Assembly (NCBI GenBank): GCA_963575745.1
Contig: CAUYUJ010000159.1
Span: forward strand, 62,001 to 126,000
Source: Prorocentrum cordatum
Lineage: Eukaryota
DNA length: 64,000 nt
Direction of reading: 5' to 3'
This document shows, in pieces, positions 39,593 through 51,680 of this stretch; within the stretch, counting starts at the first letter, position 1, and each line of letters opens with the position of its first letter. Position numbers and translations under genes: made by a program. A model generated the notes under the pieces. That model searched no databases, had not been told where the DNA came from, and saw only the letters and a list, made by a program, of their open reading frames with translations.

Positions 39593-40331
39593 GCTATCTC
39601 CGCCTTCCATCGTCTTTTCTTCTTCCTCCTCCGCCTCGTCCTCCTCCCACTCCGCCCGCAAGGAAGAGCAAAAAGGAAGTAGGTGGGAGGTAGGACGAAC
39701 AGGAAGAGATATGCGAGGGCAGGAGGAGGTACGCCCGAAAATCACGACTGCCGGTCTGCTTCGCAAGAGTTGCTGTTTTGGGATGGGCGGGTGGGGATAC
39801 TTTTTTTTCGGTCGCGGCCGCGAAACGACGGTCAGGCGGCGAAAGCAAAGTCCGGGACGCGAGCTAGGCGAATTAGCTGAGACAGGCGCAGGCCGGCCGG
39901 CCCACTCAGACAGCAGCTGCGGGCTGACGGGCGAAGCTGAACTGATCGGCGCACCGCAAGCTCGGGCACGTGCACTGGACAAAATGTCACGGAATTCAAG
40001 CGGGCAAGGCACAGCCCGCACAGAGGGGGCGCGGACCACGATGGGCAAGTCCTTCGTGCTTGGTGAAGACGCGATGGCCATTGGAGTGAGTCGCCAATGT
40101 GGCGCCAGGCTCCGAGCGGACGACCTGAGCTAGCCAGACAGGCTAAACAGTCGTGAGCCGTGGTGCAACGCACAGGGGAGGCTGAAGGTGGGCCTGCAGG
40201 TCTGCACCTGCTGCGGAAGGCTGAACCACTCTGCACCATGGCCAGCCCCAGTCAGACCACGTCACAGCGCCAGGGGGTAACCGAGCGACTGTGAGCCATC
40301 CAGCGCGTGCCGGCACGGCAAGGCAGCTGGT

Positions 40332-40374
<43 letters not shown>

Positions 40375-40624
40375 CCGCAGGCGGAAGCGCCAGCGGCGGA
40401 AGGTCGCGGGCGGGCTACGGCCGCGACTAAATTGCCGAGCGCGCGCGGGGGCCGCGGATCAGCGCCCGGGGCGGCAGAGCCGACGTGCAGTCCAGGGAGC
40501 CTGAGACAGCCCCAGAACGGGCATGCAAGGGTGCATCCAAGGAGCCTGGAGCCAGGCACCGAGGAGACCAAGCGCAGCCAAAATGGCGCGAGAGGCGTTC
40601 CCAGAAGTCCGAATGCGAACGAAG

Positions 40625-41358
40625 GAACGTGCCGAGGACAACGATCTAGGGAGCCAGACGGGTAGAACAGACTGACTGGGAACGTAAATCCAGCGGAAAA
40701 TCCTGACGGCGACACCGAGTCGCGACGCCAGAACGCGCATCCAGGGCGTGGAGAATGATGACAAAGAACCTTCCACAACTGAGATGCGACAGCCCAGATC
40801 CATCAAGTGGAAGGGCGCAGCGGTGCGCGAGACACGGTCGCGTAACGCGTGCACATCCAAAGTGACCCAGCGCAACTCAAACCGAGTCCGCTAGCACCCG
40901 AGGGGCGAGACCGTCATAAACTCAAGACGCAGCCCTCAGAGTCACTCGATCCAGGGTCACGGCGGAAGGCCGTTCAGCATTTAGAGGTGCCCGAGGAAAA
41001 CGATCCAGGGAGTCTGACGGGTAACGCAGACTGACTGAAAACGTAAACCAGCGGAAAATCCTGCCGGCAAATCCATGTCGCGACGCCAGAACGCGCATCC
41101 AGGGTGTGGGCCGATGATGACGGAGAACCCTCCACAACTGAGATGCGCGAGCCCAGACCCACCGCGTGGGAGGGCGCAGTAGTGCACGATACACGAGAAC
41201 CACGTGACGTGTGCACATCCAAAGTGTCTCAGCGCTACCCAAGCCGAGTCGGATAGCACCCGAGGGACGAGACCGCCCTACCCAAGACGCATCCCTCAGA
41301 GCCACTTCGATCCAGGGTCACGGCGGAAGGCCGTTCATCTTTTGAGAGATCCAGGGAG
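40625..41358. repeat. ~360-bp tandem duplication (2 diverged units)
   Basis: AACGATCYAGGGAG...CAGACTGACTG...CCAGCGGAAAATCCTG...GTCGCGACGCCAGAACGCGCATCCAGGG...CCACAACTGAGATGCG...GATCCAGGGTCACGGCGGAAGGCCGTTCA occurs from ~40640 and ~40999. Confidence 0.9.
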
Positions 41359-42429
41359 GGCCTGTGGACGGGCGCGCCAGCGTCCGCAGACGCGGGCCAG
41401 GGCACGCCTGGCGGTGAAAGACCTACAGTAGGGCCCGGAGGCCGCCAGTCCAACAGCGGGCAGGCTGTGGACGGTATTACCGAGGCGCGCATCTGGATCC
41501 AAAGGCAAGAGGTGCGCACACCGGAAGGGGCGGCAGAGCGCCGCAATTGAAGGGCCCGCGGCGCGGCCAAGGCAGCGCCAGGGGGATGTCAGGCGTGAAA
41601 CGCAGCCAGGAAAGAGGAACCATGCGGCGCGAGTGAAGGGGCCACCGGTAGAGTAAGGCAGCGGAGCCAGTGGCCTGTGGGTCTGCAGGATGCGCGCTGT
41701 CACGCAGAGTGCAGATGGCACTGCTGAGCGGCACTCCAAAGTAAAGGTAGGGGGAGTGCCGTCCAGGGGAGGGGGGGCGGTGGCGCGGCCCCACGGCTGT
41801 AGAAAGAAGGCGGCGGAGGGCCGCAAACATTGCGTAGAGAGGCGCAGGTGGTGGCGCTGAGCGCAGGGGGCGGGGAGAGAGCGAAGAGTGAGCTCAGTCT
41901 CTCCAGCGGGGCCTCTTCTCATCTCTATCGCCCCGATCGTCGGGGCAGTCACCGCCGCGCTTGCCACCCGTCTGCCAGCGATCTTCGCGCCATCCATCCC
42001 TCCACTCGCCCTGCCAGCTGCCCCAGGTGTTCCAAGGGCTCGACGCGCGGTCCCGCCAGTCGGTCTGGTGGTAGCTGCCTTTGCCCCTGTCGTCTGTTCG
42101 GGAGTGCCGCAGGTATTTGGCCCGTAGTCTGTCCCAGTCAATGCCATAGCCCAGCCTCATGTTCATCTCGGAGGCGTCATACCCGCAGTCTTTCCAGGCG
42201 TCGAGAAAGTTGCTGATGTCCGAGGCCGCGTGTAGTTTCGGGTCGGATTTGGGCGCCCTGGATCCAGCGATTCAACTTCGCTGCGTGTTCGCTGTCCAAA
42301 GCGCGCAGAAGACTGCGCCCAGCTTCGATTGAAGCCTGGTTATGCGTTTGGCTGGAGTCTCATTGGGACGCTCGAGGTCAACTGTGCCCAGCCGGACTGT
42401 GTACATGGGGCCGCCCCCTTCCGGGCAGG

Positions 42430-45400
42430 TCAACTGGTTGAGTCATCCTGCTCCGATGTACCGGCATGGGCAGGGTGATAGCGCCTCTGTCCAGGGAGCT
42501 GCGGGGTGGGCGCGGGAGAGCGCTCGGACCGCGAGTCGTCCCGGTCGCGGGTTCTCTCGTCCCTGGTGGGATTACGGGCTGGACCGCTACGGCGGTCGGC
42601 GTGAGGCGCTTCCTCCTCGGCTGAGGTCGCCGCCTCGTCGCGGCTGGCGTCGGAGCTGCCCGCCGATGGGCTTTGCTGAGGCGCCTCATCGCCTGAGCGA
42701 TCACCGTCGTCGTCCTGGGCCGACTCTGAGCAGGCAAGAGGACGAGGTGGTTCGTCATCCCCGAAGTCGGGAGACTCCACCTTTGGAGGAGGGATCTCTT
42801 CTTCCGCGCTCCCGTCGTTGCCGTTGTGGTCGGGCGGGTCCCGGTGGCCCATGCGCGAGTCATTGTCCGTCGTGCCCGGGGGCCTGTCCGTGTCAGCGGC
42901 CATGGGGGTCTCTGGTCTGTCGTCGCCCATGGCTAAGACGCCCGCTGGGGGGGGCTCGGCCAAGGAGGTGATGGTAGTTGCGGCGAGGGCATCGGCACCG
43001 AGGCTGAGTAGGAAGCCCGTCAGCGCGCTGATCTCATGTCGGATGGGGTCGAAGCCACTTGCCGGGGCAAGCGTCGCCGCATGAGTCCTCCAGGGCTCCT
43101 TATGTCTTTCGCCGTTGGCCAAGTGTGCTATGACTCGCGCTGCGGCCGCGCGCCTGCCTTCCCGGAGCTGGTTGGGAGGGAGGCAGTCGTCTGGGATATA
43201 GTCACCGTATATGGTCCTAAGGAACTCTGACAGGAGCTCGTCAGGCAGGGAGGCCTCGTCGTAGCTGGGCTCCGGGGCGCTTCTGTCGCGGTTGGCGATG
43301 CAAAACTGCCTCCAGGCGTATTCCAGTCCAGGATGGAAATCACGGAGGAAGGTTACTAGCGATCGCCGTGCGCACAGTCCGCTGGAGCCAGGCCTGCTGG
43401 GGCCTACAGCGCCTAGGGTGGGATTAGAGACGCTCCCGTCGCTCAGGAACGGGCGCTGCGGCGCAGGCAGGTCCGGCAGGAGGTCCAGGAGCTGGGCGAG
43501 GGTCCTAGGGGTTGTCTCTGACGCTGCACCAGTACCGCCCGCGGCGCTGGGTCCAGGGAAATTGCCTGCTCCGACCTCGATGAACTGATCGTGGGCCTTG
43601 GCGCCCACGCCCAGCCAAGGAAGAGAATCAATGATGCCCACAGGCGCCTCGAATCCAATCTGGCTGCTGAGCGGAGGAAGGATTGGCGGTTTTTCCGGAT
43701 GCAGTGACCTGAAGTCCCCATCCAGGATGTGGTCCAGGGTGGCCGGACCTATGTTCCAGATTGGGACCAAGCAGCGACGGCAGCGCCATGTAGCGTTCCA
43801 TTGGCGCCCCCACCAGGCCAGGGCACGCGCGTCGACGGGGGGCAGCCCAGCTTGCTCGGGAACGCCTACACCTTCCGCCGGCTTCCATATGAAACGCCCC
43901 AGGGGCGGGGAGCCAGGGTTCCAGACGAGGAGTGGGCCCCCCTGGGGGCAGGTGTCGCACCTCGCAGAGTAGGCCCCCGTCTGCGCGGCTTTTAGACCGA
44001 AGCGCTCATCCCGGATCCGTAGGATGGGAATGGTGGCATTGGCATTGGCGCGCTCAGGGACCTTCATGCCCGTCGGCACCATGAGGAGGCCCGCTAACGT
44101 CCTCGTGTCCTCGAGGGGGCTGGATCCTAAGCCGAGCGGGAGATGCCCCAGGGAAGGGAGGGCGCTCGCTCGGTCATTATTGGCCCCCGTCGTCTGCTGC
44201 TCATGCTCCTTAACTCTGTCGGCAAGCTTCGCACCTGCAGGCGTAGGGGGGCCCTGCTCCTCCAGGTGGCTGACCCAGCAGACCTCGCAGAACCACCCCA
44301 TGTTGGCGCCGTCGATGTAGGCCTGGGGCCTACTTTGAGCGACCATCTGGCGCGTGGTGTCAGAGATCCAGGTGCCCTCGGCAGAACTCAGCTGGTCCTT
44401 TCCGCATCTGTCGCAAGTGTATCTGCCGTTCTTCTTCTCGAGCGTGAGCCTCTCGTCGGGGATGACTGGAGGGTCCAGCCTGGTGCCAGGGGCGGGGGCG
44501 GGTGGTGGGGGGCATCGAGGTCGGTCTTGGACAGGGCAATCCCGCCGCCGATGTAGGAGAGCCCCGCAGCCCGATCGTCAGGGCCCAGGGAGGCATCGAC
44601 CCCCGCCAGCGCGACGTGCAGCGCACAAACTGAGCAGCCGCGTGTATCCAGGGAGGTTAGAGTTGCTGCCGGGACGATCTGCTCGAGGACGAGCATCGGC
44701 GCTTTTAGCTGGAAGTCTTGCCTGTCCATCTCGCTCCAGGTCTGCGGGCAGTCGGCATCCCGCGCGGCCGGGTGGTGATGCGCCAATGCCACGAGTTTGG
44801 AGATGTGGGGAAGAACAGCCTCGATGCGGCCGTGCAGGTCGGCCAGGTCCTCCAGCGTGAGGCTCCAGGTGCGGGCGAACTGGCTTCGGAAATCCAGGTG
44901 GACCTCTTGCCAGGGAACGCAGAACCCCAGAATGGCTTCGATGACGTCCCCGGCCTGTTCTGCATGAAAGAAGGGCCACAGAAACACTCGCGGTTCGCAG
45001 AGCATGAGCATCATGACAACCAGAAGTGACCGGGCCTTGCAGGAATCCATGGGGAGGCCGTCGGTGTCTGTGATTCCCTGGCGGAACTCTTCCATCGAGG
45101 CACCACGCCCTCGGAGGATCTCTCCCAACCCGGCCATTCCAGGGTGCCTCCTGTGTCGGCAGCAGTCCTTGGTAGCGGAACTCCAAGCCTTGGGGACCTT
45201 ACGGAAGAGCCCTTTGGGGGTGGACTGGCGGCGCTTCCAGAGTGTTACACGCCTGCCGTTGGCGTGATGCAGCGGGGGAAGGGAGTCGTCAGGGACGGCG
45301 TAGCTCGCGTCCTGCCAGGGGGTGTCCAGGCCCAGCGACCACACGATTGCTGCCCAAAGCATGTTGTAGACTAGATTGGTTGCGTCGAGTCCCAGAGACA

Positions 45401-45995
45401 TGTCAAACAAGAAGCCCAGATGCGACCAAGCCTTGCGGTCAAGCATGCCGGGCTGTCGCGGTGTATTGGCTAGTGAGAATTCGTGAGGGTGTAGCCCGGA
45501 CATCAGGTATATGAGCACATGGAAGGCAGGCGTTGAGAGGATAGCGTGGAGCCCTCCCGAGATCAGTTTACCCAGGGTCTCCCAGTCGAAGTGCTCGTCC
45601 AGGGGTGCATTAAAGCGCTCAGCGAAACCGGTGGCCTGGGCATCACGTGCTTTCTTCTTGGCGGCATCCAGCTCGCTCTGCCCGTTCTTCCCCTTTGCAT
45701 CACGGTTCCAAGCGACGGGCGAGGATATCCATGCAGCGAGGTCCTGGAGTGGGTCGAAGCTTTCGTCGATATCCAATGAGAGACTGTGGCCCACTGGGGC
45801 GTGGCCTCGAAACTGGACCCAAAGGCGGGTCAATCGCCCGTATTCTGAGAGTACTCGAAGCTGTGACCAGGTGGCGTTGGCGAACATGCGTCCGTCCCCC
45901 AAGATCAGGATGTCCCGCTTGGCCCTGGTGATCGCCACGTTCAGACGCTTGGCGTCATCGACGAAACCCCAATTGTAGCTCCCGTTGCTCCGTGA
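42430..45995 (-). pseudogene. 5'-truncated intronless ORF: SF1 Upf1/DNA2-like helicase C-terminus, RNase III-like motif and CxxC zinc-binding pairs; frameshift near 44480-44510
   Basis: RSNGSYNWGFVDDAKRLNVAITRAKRDILILGD is helicase motif VI of the Upf1-like family. AEQAGDVIEAILG lies ~250 aa further on. The frame of ORF 42430-44346 extends upstream as YTCDRCGK...WFCEVCW and later has CDTC...WRCRRCL. Confidence 0.65.
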
Positions 45996-45999
45996 ACAA

Positions 46000-46380
46000 T
46001 TCAGGGGCGCATGGAGGGGATGCATGGGTACATGGATGTGGTGGATGTGATGAATGTGATGGATGTGATGGATGCATGTATGCATGGATGCATGTTCGCA
46101 TGGATGCATTGTTGCCTGTATGCACGGATTCCTGGATGCCTGGATGCGTGCGTGCGTGCGTGCGGGCATCCGTCTCATCACCATTTTCCCATCACTCTCC
46201 CTCGCCACGCCCCGCATGTTGGCTTTGCGCGCGCGTGTCTGTGCGCGGGGTTCATTGCACCTTGATTGCACGTGTGCGCGATGTGTGCGCGTGCTTGTGC
46301 ACTTTGGTGCGTGCGTGAATGCGTGCGCGCGTGTGGGCGCGGCTGCTTCGGATTGCGTGTGGGCGCGTGTGTGCGAGTCT
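46000..46380. repeat. (ATGG/ATGC)n and (GCGT)n low-complexity repeats
   Basis: Directly visible. Confidence 0.9.
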
Positions 46381-46499
46381 GGGCAAAGCTGGATTTGATT
46401 ATATTTCTTCGCACCCTTTTTTCCACGCGGACCCTCCCCCCACCCACGCCCCCCAAAAGGTTCAAGGACAGCAGCGCCCATGGGGGTAGCAGGCCAACG

Positions 46500-47208
46500 T
46501 TTGGATTTGTGTGAGGTTCACGCTCCGCTGGATTGCCCAGGATCTCAGATAGTGGCGGCAGTTTCTACATGTGGCAGGTCCCAAGGGTAGCGGGCCATCG
46601 TTTGGATTCGCGTGGGGCTCACACCCCGCTGAATTCCCCGGGATCTCAGATAGTGGCGACAGTTCTACATTTGGCAGCTCCCAAAGGTAGCGGGCCATCC
46701 TTTGGATCGGCGTAGGGCTGACGCTCCGCTGGATCCCCCCCAGGAGTTCAGATTCTTGCGACACTTCTACATGTGGCAACACCCAGAGGATAGCGGGGCA
46801 TCATTTGAATTCGTGTAGGGATCACGCTCCGCTGGATTCTCCAGGAGATCAGGTACTGGCACAGTTCTACCGTTGGCAGCATATACATTTGGGAACACTC
46901 ATGGGACATCTTTTGGACCCGCGTAGGGGTCACATTCCGTTGGATCCCCCAGAAGCTCGGGTATTGGCTCAGTTCTGCATCTGGCAACACTCAGGGGATA
47001 GCGGGGCATCGTTTGTATCCGCTTGCGGCTCACGCTCCGCTGAACCCACCAGGAGTTCAGATGCTGGCGACAATTCTACATTTGGCAACTCCCAATGGCT
47101 AGCGGGGCATCGTTTGAATTCGCGTGGGGTTCACGCTCCAATGGATTCCCCAGGAGTTCACAGAGTGGCGACAGCTCTACTTTTGGCAGCTCCCATGGAA
47201 TTGCGGGG
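46500..47208 (+). repeat. ~100-bp satellite array (about 7 units), a diverged relative of the 21.9-kb and 56.6-kb arrays in opposite orientation
   Basis: Unit core CTCCGCTGGA....CCAG...AGTGGCGACAGTT..ACA...GCAGC aligns to the reverse complement of the other arrays. Confidence 0.85.
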
Positions 47209-47878
47209 CATAACAGCTGAGAAGGGGACCGCTCGCGGCACGACGTCACTCGGCGCGAACCCAAGGACACAGGCGACGGGGTGCCCTCCCTAAAATGGCG
47301 GCCGGCGCCGCCTCGTTCGGCGGCGGAGATCCGCGATTCTATGCCGTCACGCTGGTTCCGGGCAGGCTGTGCTGCCCGGCGGAAGGGGACGAGGAGGGGA
47401 GAAGCAGGCAGACGACGACGAACGCCCAGGCGGGGAGCCAGGGCCGGCGGGGCGGGCGGGCAGGCAGAAGACGGGCCAGGCGGAGACAGCAGGCAGGGAG
47501 CAGGAGGAAAGGAAAGGGAGGGAAGCAACGAGCAGAAGCCAAGGGATGGGGAGGAGGGGGAGGAGGACAAGGAGGAGAGAAAGCAGCGGCCGCAAGCAGA
47601 CAGGCCGGGCCAGGGGCCGGGAAAGAAGAGCCGCCCGCGACGAGGCTGCGGACCCTACGGCGGCGACCTGGGCGGGGTGGCCGCCCGAACCCAGCGCGAT
47701 GCGGCTTGGTGGGGATTGCCCTCTGCGGGATCCATCCACCGCCCCGCCGGGGAAAGGCCGGGCGGCGCGTGGGAGGGGTCGCCGGCGCGACGTTGGCGAA
47801 AGGGCGAGGGGGGCGCCCGCGCTGCCCAGCAAGGGCGGGGGGGGGGGGCGGGGGGCGCTAGGCAGCGCAGGGGGCACC

Positions 47879-49380
47879 TCACACGGCGTCTGCCGTGGAG
47901 GCCGCCGTGGCCGCGGCCAGGCGGGCCGCTGCCACCCCCGCCCCTCCAGACAGGGTCTGAAGGCGCCGCAACACCGCCCGCGCGTTCTCCCTGTGCAGGG
48001 AGACGGAAAGTCGCTGGGCATGTTGGTCCGCAACCAGTGCGGCGTCTTCCCCCGTGGCGTCAGCCACCCGCTTGGCCAGGACCCCGAAGGCCCTGCGTGC
48101 CTCGCGGCCCCACCCGCCGCCGTGGGCTTCCACCACCATGGGGAGGAAAGTGAAGCCCTGTGCCGCGCAGAGCCGCGCGGTGTCCTGGTGCTGCCTTTTG
48201 AACTCCTCGCACCGCTCCGTCGCTGCGCTTGACGAAGCGGCCGACGCGGCGAGGAGATCGGCGCGCAACCCTGACGCGGCGGCAAAGTCCCAGGCGGCCG
48301 CCGTGCCGTTGCGCCACCGCGGCAGGTAGACGTCGGCAGGGCGGCGGCCGTTGTCGTCCACCTGGGACCCGCCCTGCTCGCCCCCGGGGGTGGCCTCCCC
48401 GGCGGGGCGCGCGGGTAGCAGCCCCGGGCGCTCCAACTCCGCCCCGGCGTGGCCGGCGGCCAGGGCGTCGAAGAAGGCCTGGTTGCGCAGGGCGTTGTGG
48501 CGTTTGGTCCGGTCGCCGCGGCAGGCGCAGACCAGGGCGTGGTCGCAGAAAACGTCCATCACCTCGCCACAGGCTGGGCAGAAGCACTCCTCCTGCAGGA
48601 GCTGGACTCGCAGCCGCCTCTGCAGGCCGACCTGCATGAGGCCGCGCGGGAAGGCGGTGCCGGTGGCCTCGCAGGGCGGCGCCTGGAGCCACGCGGCCGC
48701 GCCTGGGGCTTGCACCAGAGAGAGGTGCGCCTTGCCGGCCAGGGTGGAGCCCGCCAGAAATCCGTCGAGCGAGGCGCTGTCCACCGCGTCGGAGAGGGCC
48801 TTCTGGTTGCCGTGCTGCGCGTGGTCGAACACCACCCGGTCGGCGCCCCGCACGACTTCGTTGTGGGCCTGCACCGCAGCCGCCAGGCTACCTCCGTCGC
48901 GGTCGGGGTTGTTAGAGTAGCCGGGGTAGAGCTGCCGACAGAGGTCGGTGCTCTTCGCTCTGGAAGCGATGTAGGCGGCGGCGGCGTGCTTCGCGGCAGA
49001 GCGCAGGCCAAGTCCTCCCTTCCTGAGCTTAAGCTGAGCCTGCTGCCAAGAAGCGTCGGAGGGCGAGCAGCCGCTCAGTTGCTCAAGGCAGGCCCGGACA
49101 GCGTCGTCCATGGCCAGCAGGGAGGCGGCGTGCGCGGTGGGCGGCACCACGCGCGAGGAGTAGCCCAGCTTGCAGAAGGAGGCGCACTGGCGCAGGAGGT
49201 GCAGCGCGACCTGCGCGTTTTCGAGCTCCCCCAGAGCTTCCAGCAAGTCGGTGGCGCTCGCGACCCGCTGCTTGGTGTTCTCCGCGCAGAAGTCCGCGTC
49301 TCCCACTGGCGCGCCGAGCAGCTCGAAGCTGCGATCGGTGCGGAGGCGGAAGCCCGGCGGGAAGCCCGGCGGGAAACCCT
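47879..49380 (-). mobile_element. 5'-truncated CRE-clade (RLE-type) non-LTR retrotransposon: end of RT, thumb, CCHC and restriction-like endonuclease; 3' UTR probably extends to ~47210
   Basis: FELLGAPVGD (RT motif 7), QAQLKLRKGGLGLRSA, GAAAWLQAPP, CPAC...DHALVC, RHNALRN, RRPADV...AWDFA, EEFK, FLPMVVEAHGGGWG and QRLSVSLHRENA. Confidence 0.9.
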
Positions 49381-49660
<280 letters not shown>

Positions 49661-50333
49661 CGCCCCCGAAACCCTAAGAATCTAAACCCCTATGATCTAG
49701 ACTCCCGCGGAATGTTATTGATAAGGAGCAAGAGCCACGGGCCGTCCGCACTGTCGCAGCTGCCTGCGGTTCGAAAGGGCGGCGGCTCGGTGGAGCCGCC
49801 GCCGAAAGCTCAGCCACCGCCTCCCTCGCTGAATGCTCGCCGTCGTGAAAAGTACAGCCTCCAGGGGCCCTCGATTGGCCCTGGGACCGTCAAAGAACCG
49901 TTCTTTGACGTTCTGAACGACTCGGGAGGTCTCGAGAAAACCGCGACCGACGGCACAAAACAGGTGCTACACGTCAATGGCCGCTCAAAAATGCCAGAGC
50001 GCTGGCTACGGAAAACGACGTCAAAGGGTCAGGAACAGCATTGGAACATAGTTTGCTGGCGACGCACGCTGTCACCGCAAGTAGGAAGGAATGGCATGGA
50101 AAATGATGTCCAACTTCCCTCGAGACCCGTCTGAAAACAGACCGTGGTGAGGGACATATGGCCTAGCTGAGACGGTGGCTCCTCGGCTGAGGCCATGCAG
50201 CAGTCGCCGGCCCTGCGATCGCATAAAAAGAATGGGAGCCCTTGCTATGCCAAGCGAGTCCTGGACTTGCAATAGCTACACACTGCGTTGCCGTGCTTGC
50301 TACAGTCAAAACCCAATTTCACAGCTTAAGGCT

Positions 50334-50373
<40 letters not shown>

Positions 50374-50388
50374 AAAAAAGAGACAGCC

Positions 50389-50419
<31 letters not shown>

Positions 50420-50741
50420 CAGCTTAGCGCCTTGCTCGAATGCGAGATGTTATATAATTGTCGCGCCTTGCTCAAATGCGAAATGTTCCTTGTCAGGACG
50501 CGCACGCTCGGTGTGATTACCAGGGCGCCGCCCCTGACCAAAGTCAAAGCGGCAACAAAATGGGAGGCCTCATTAAAAAATTGCCTGGACGCGCACGCTT
50601 GGCGCGATTGCCAGGGCGCCCCCCTGACAAAAGCCAAAATGCGGCCCTCGACAGAAGAGCAGCCGCAGGCGAGGCGGGCCTCTCCCAGCGGGCAGGGCGA
50701 AACGGGAGGCAAGGACAGCGGGCAGCGGCATCGGCACCCCT

Positions 50742-50892
50742 TAGGGGAACGAAGAATGACACAAACATAACAACTCTGAGGTCCGCGCGGATTTCTCGGA
50801 TCGGCGCTGGACCGCCCTGGCGGAGCCTCCGGCGCCGCCCCTGGCGCGCGGACCTCCAGGTTGTTATGTTTATGTCATTCTTGGTTCCCCTA
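50742..50892. mobile_element. MITE (147 bp) with ~46-bp terminal inverted repeats and a TA target-site duplication
   Basis: TA-GGGGAACGAAGAATGACACAAACATAACAACTCTGAGGTCCGCGCG ... CGCGCGGACCTCCAGGTTGTTATGTTTATGTCATTCTTGGTTCCCC-TA. Confidence 0.85.
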
Positions 50893-51680
50893 CCCCGTGC
50901 CCCTTGCCTCCACAGACTCTGCGTGCGCGTGGCCCGCGCTGAGGATGCCTTCCTCGGGCAGACCCGGAGCCCGCAGGCAGCCTCTGCCCTCGCCTGCGGC
51001 ACTGGCCGCCTCCGCCGCTCGCCGCGCGGCGCCCGCGCGGGCAGACGCCTGCGGCGCGGCCCCCTGCTGCCTCGCCCTGCCGCGCGTCGCCCCGGCCACC
51101 CGAGGCCGGGCCTCAGGAGGGGCGACAAAGGGGGGAGGTCAACCCCCATGGGTTCCGAGTAGGGCGGGGTCGAAGGACCGCGCCGCGTCGCACGCATCGG
51201 GGGTGCATCCACGATGCACTGGCGACGTCGGCGGTGCATCGGCGACGCTGGCGTGGAGAAAATCGGGCTCCACATCGAGCCGCATCGGCAATGTGGCGCG
51301 ATCCTCCGACCCCATCTGCTCGGACCCCATCTGGGAGCTCTGAGTTCCAGGCTTTAGCACGATTTCGCGAGTTCTCGGCTGCTTTCCAGCCTCGGGGTGG
51401 TCTTCCAGCACTTGCGCCTCGCCGAGAGCGCTTCTCGGGGGTGCCTGGATCGCCCCGAACGGCCGCCGAAGGCCCGAGTTGTGGCCCGAAAACACAGGGG
51501 ACCAGCTTCTAGGGGGGAGCACCGACCTGGCATCGGCGATGCATCGCCGATGGATCGGCGATGGGCCCCGAACAGCTCGACGGGCACGTCCTGGGGCGGG
51601 GGCTGTCGAACCTCCATCGGCGATGAGATGGACGACCGAGGGGTCGATGCGCTCTCCCCTGCCTGATCCTCCCCCTGACC

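Noticed and set aside
39640..40320. Possible coding remnant on the minus strand
   Set aside because: No recognisable motif; the long ORF owes its length to adjacent repeats.
40576..40587. SL core GCCATTTTGGCT on the minus strand
   Set aside because: Only 12 nt match, the flanks disagree and no coding element can be shown downstream. It may be an old relic but cannot be supported.
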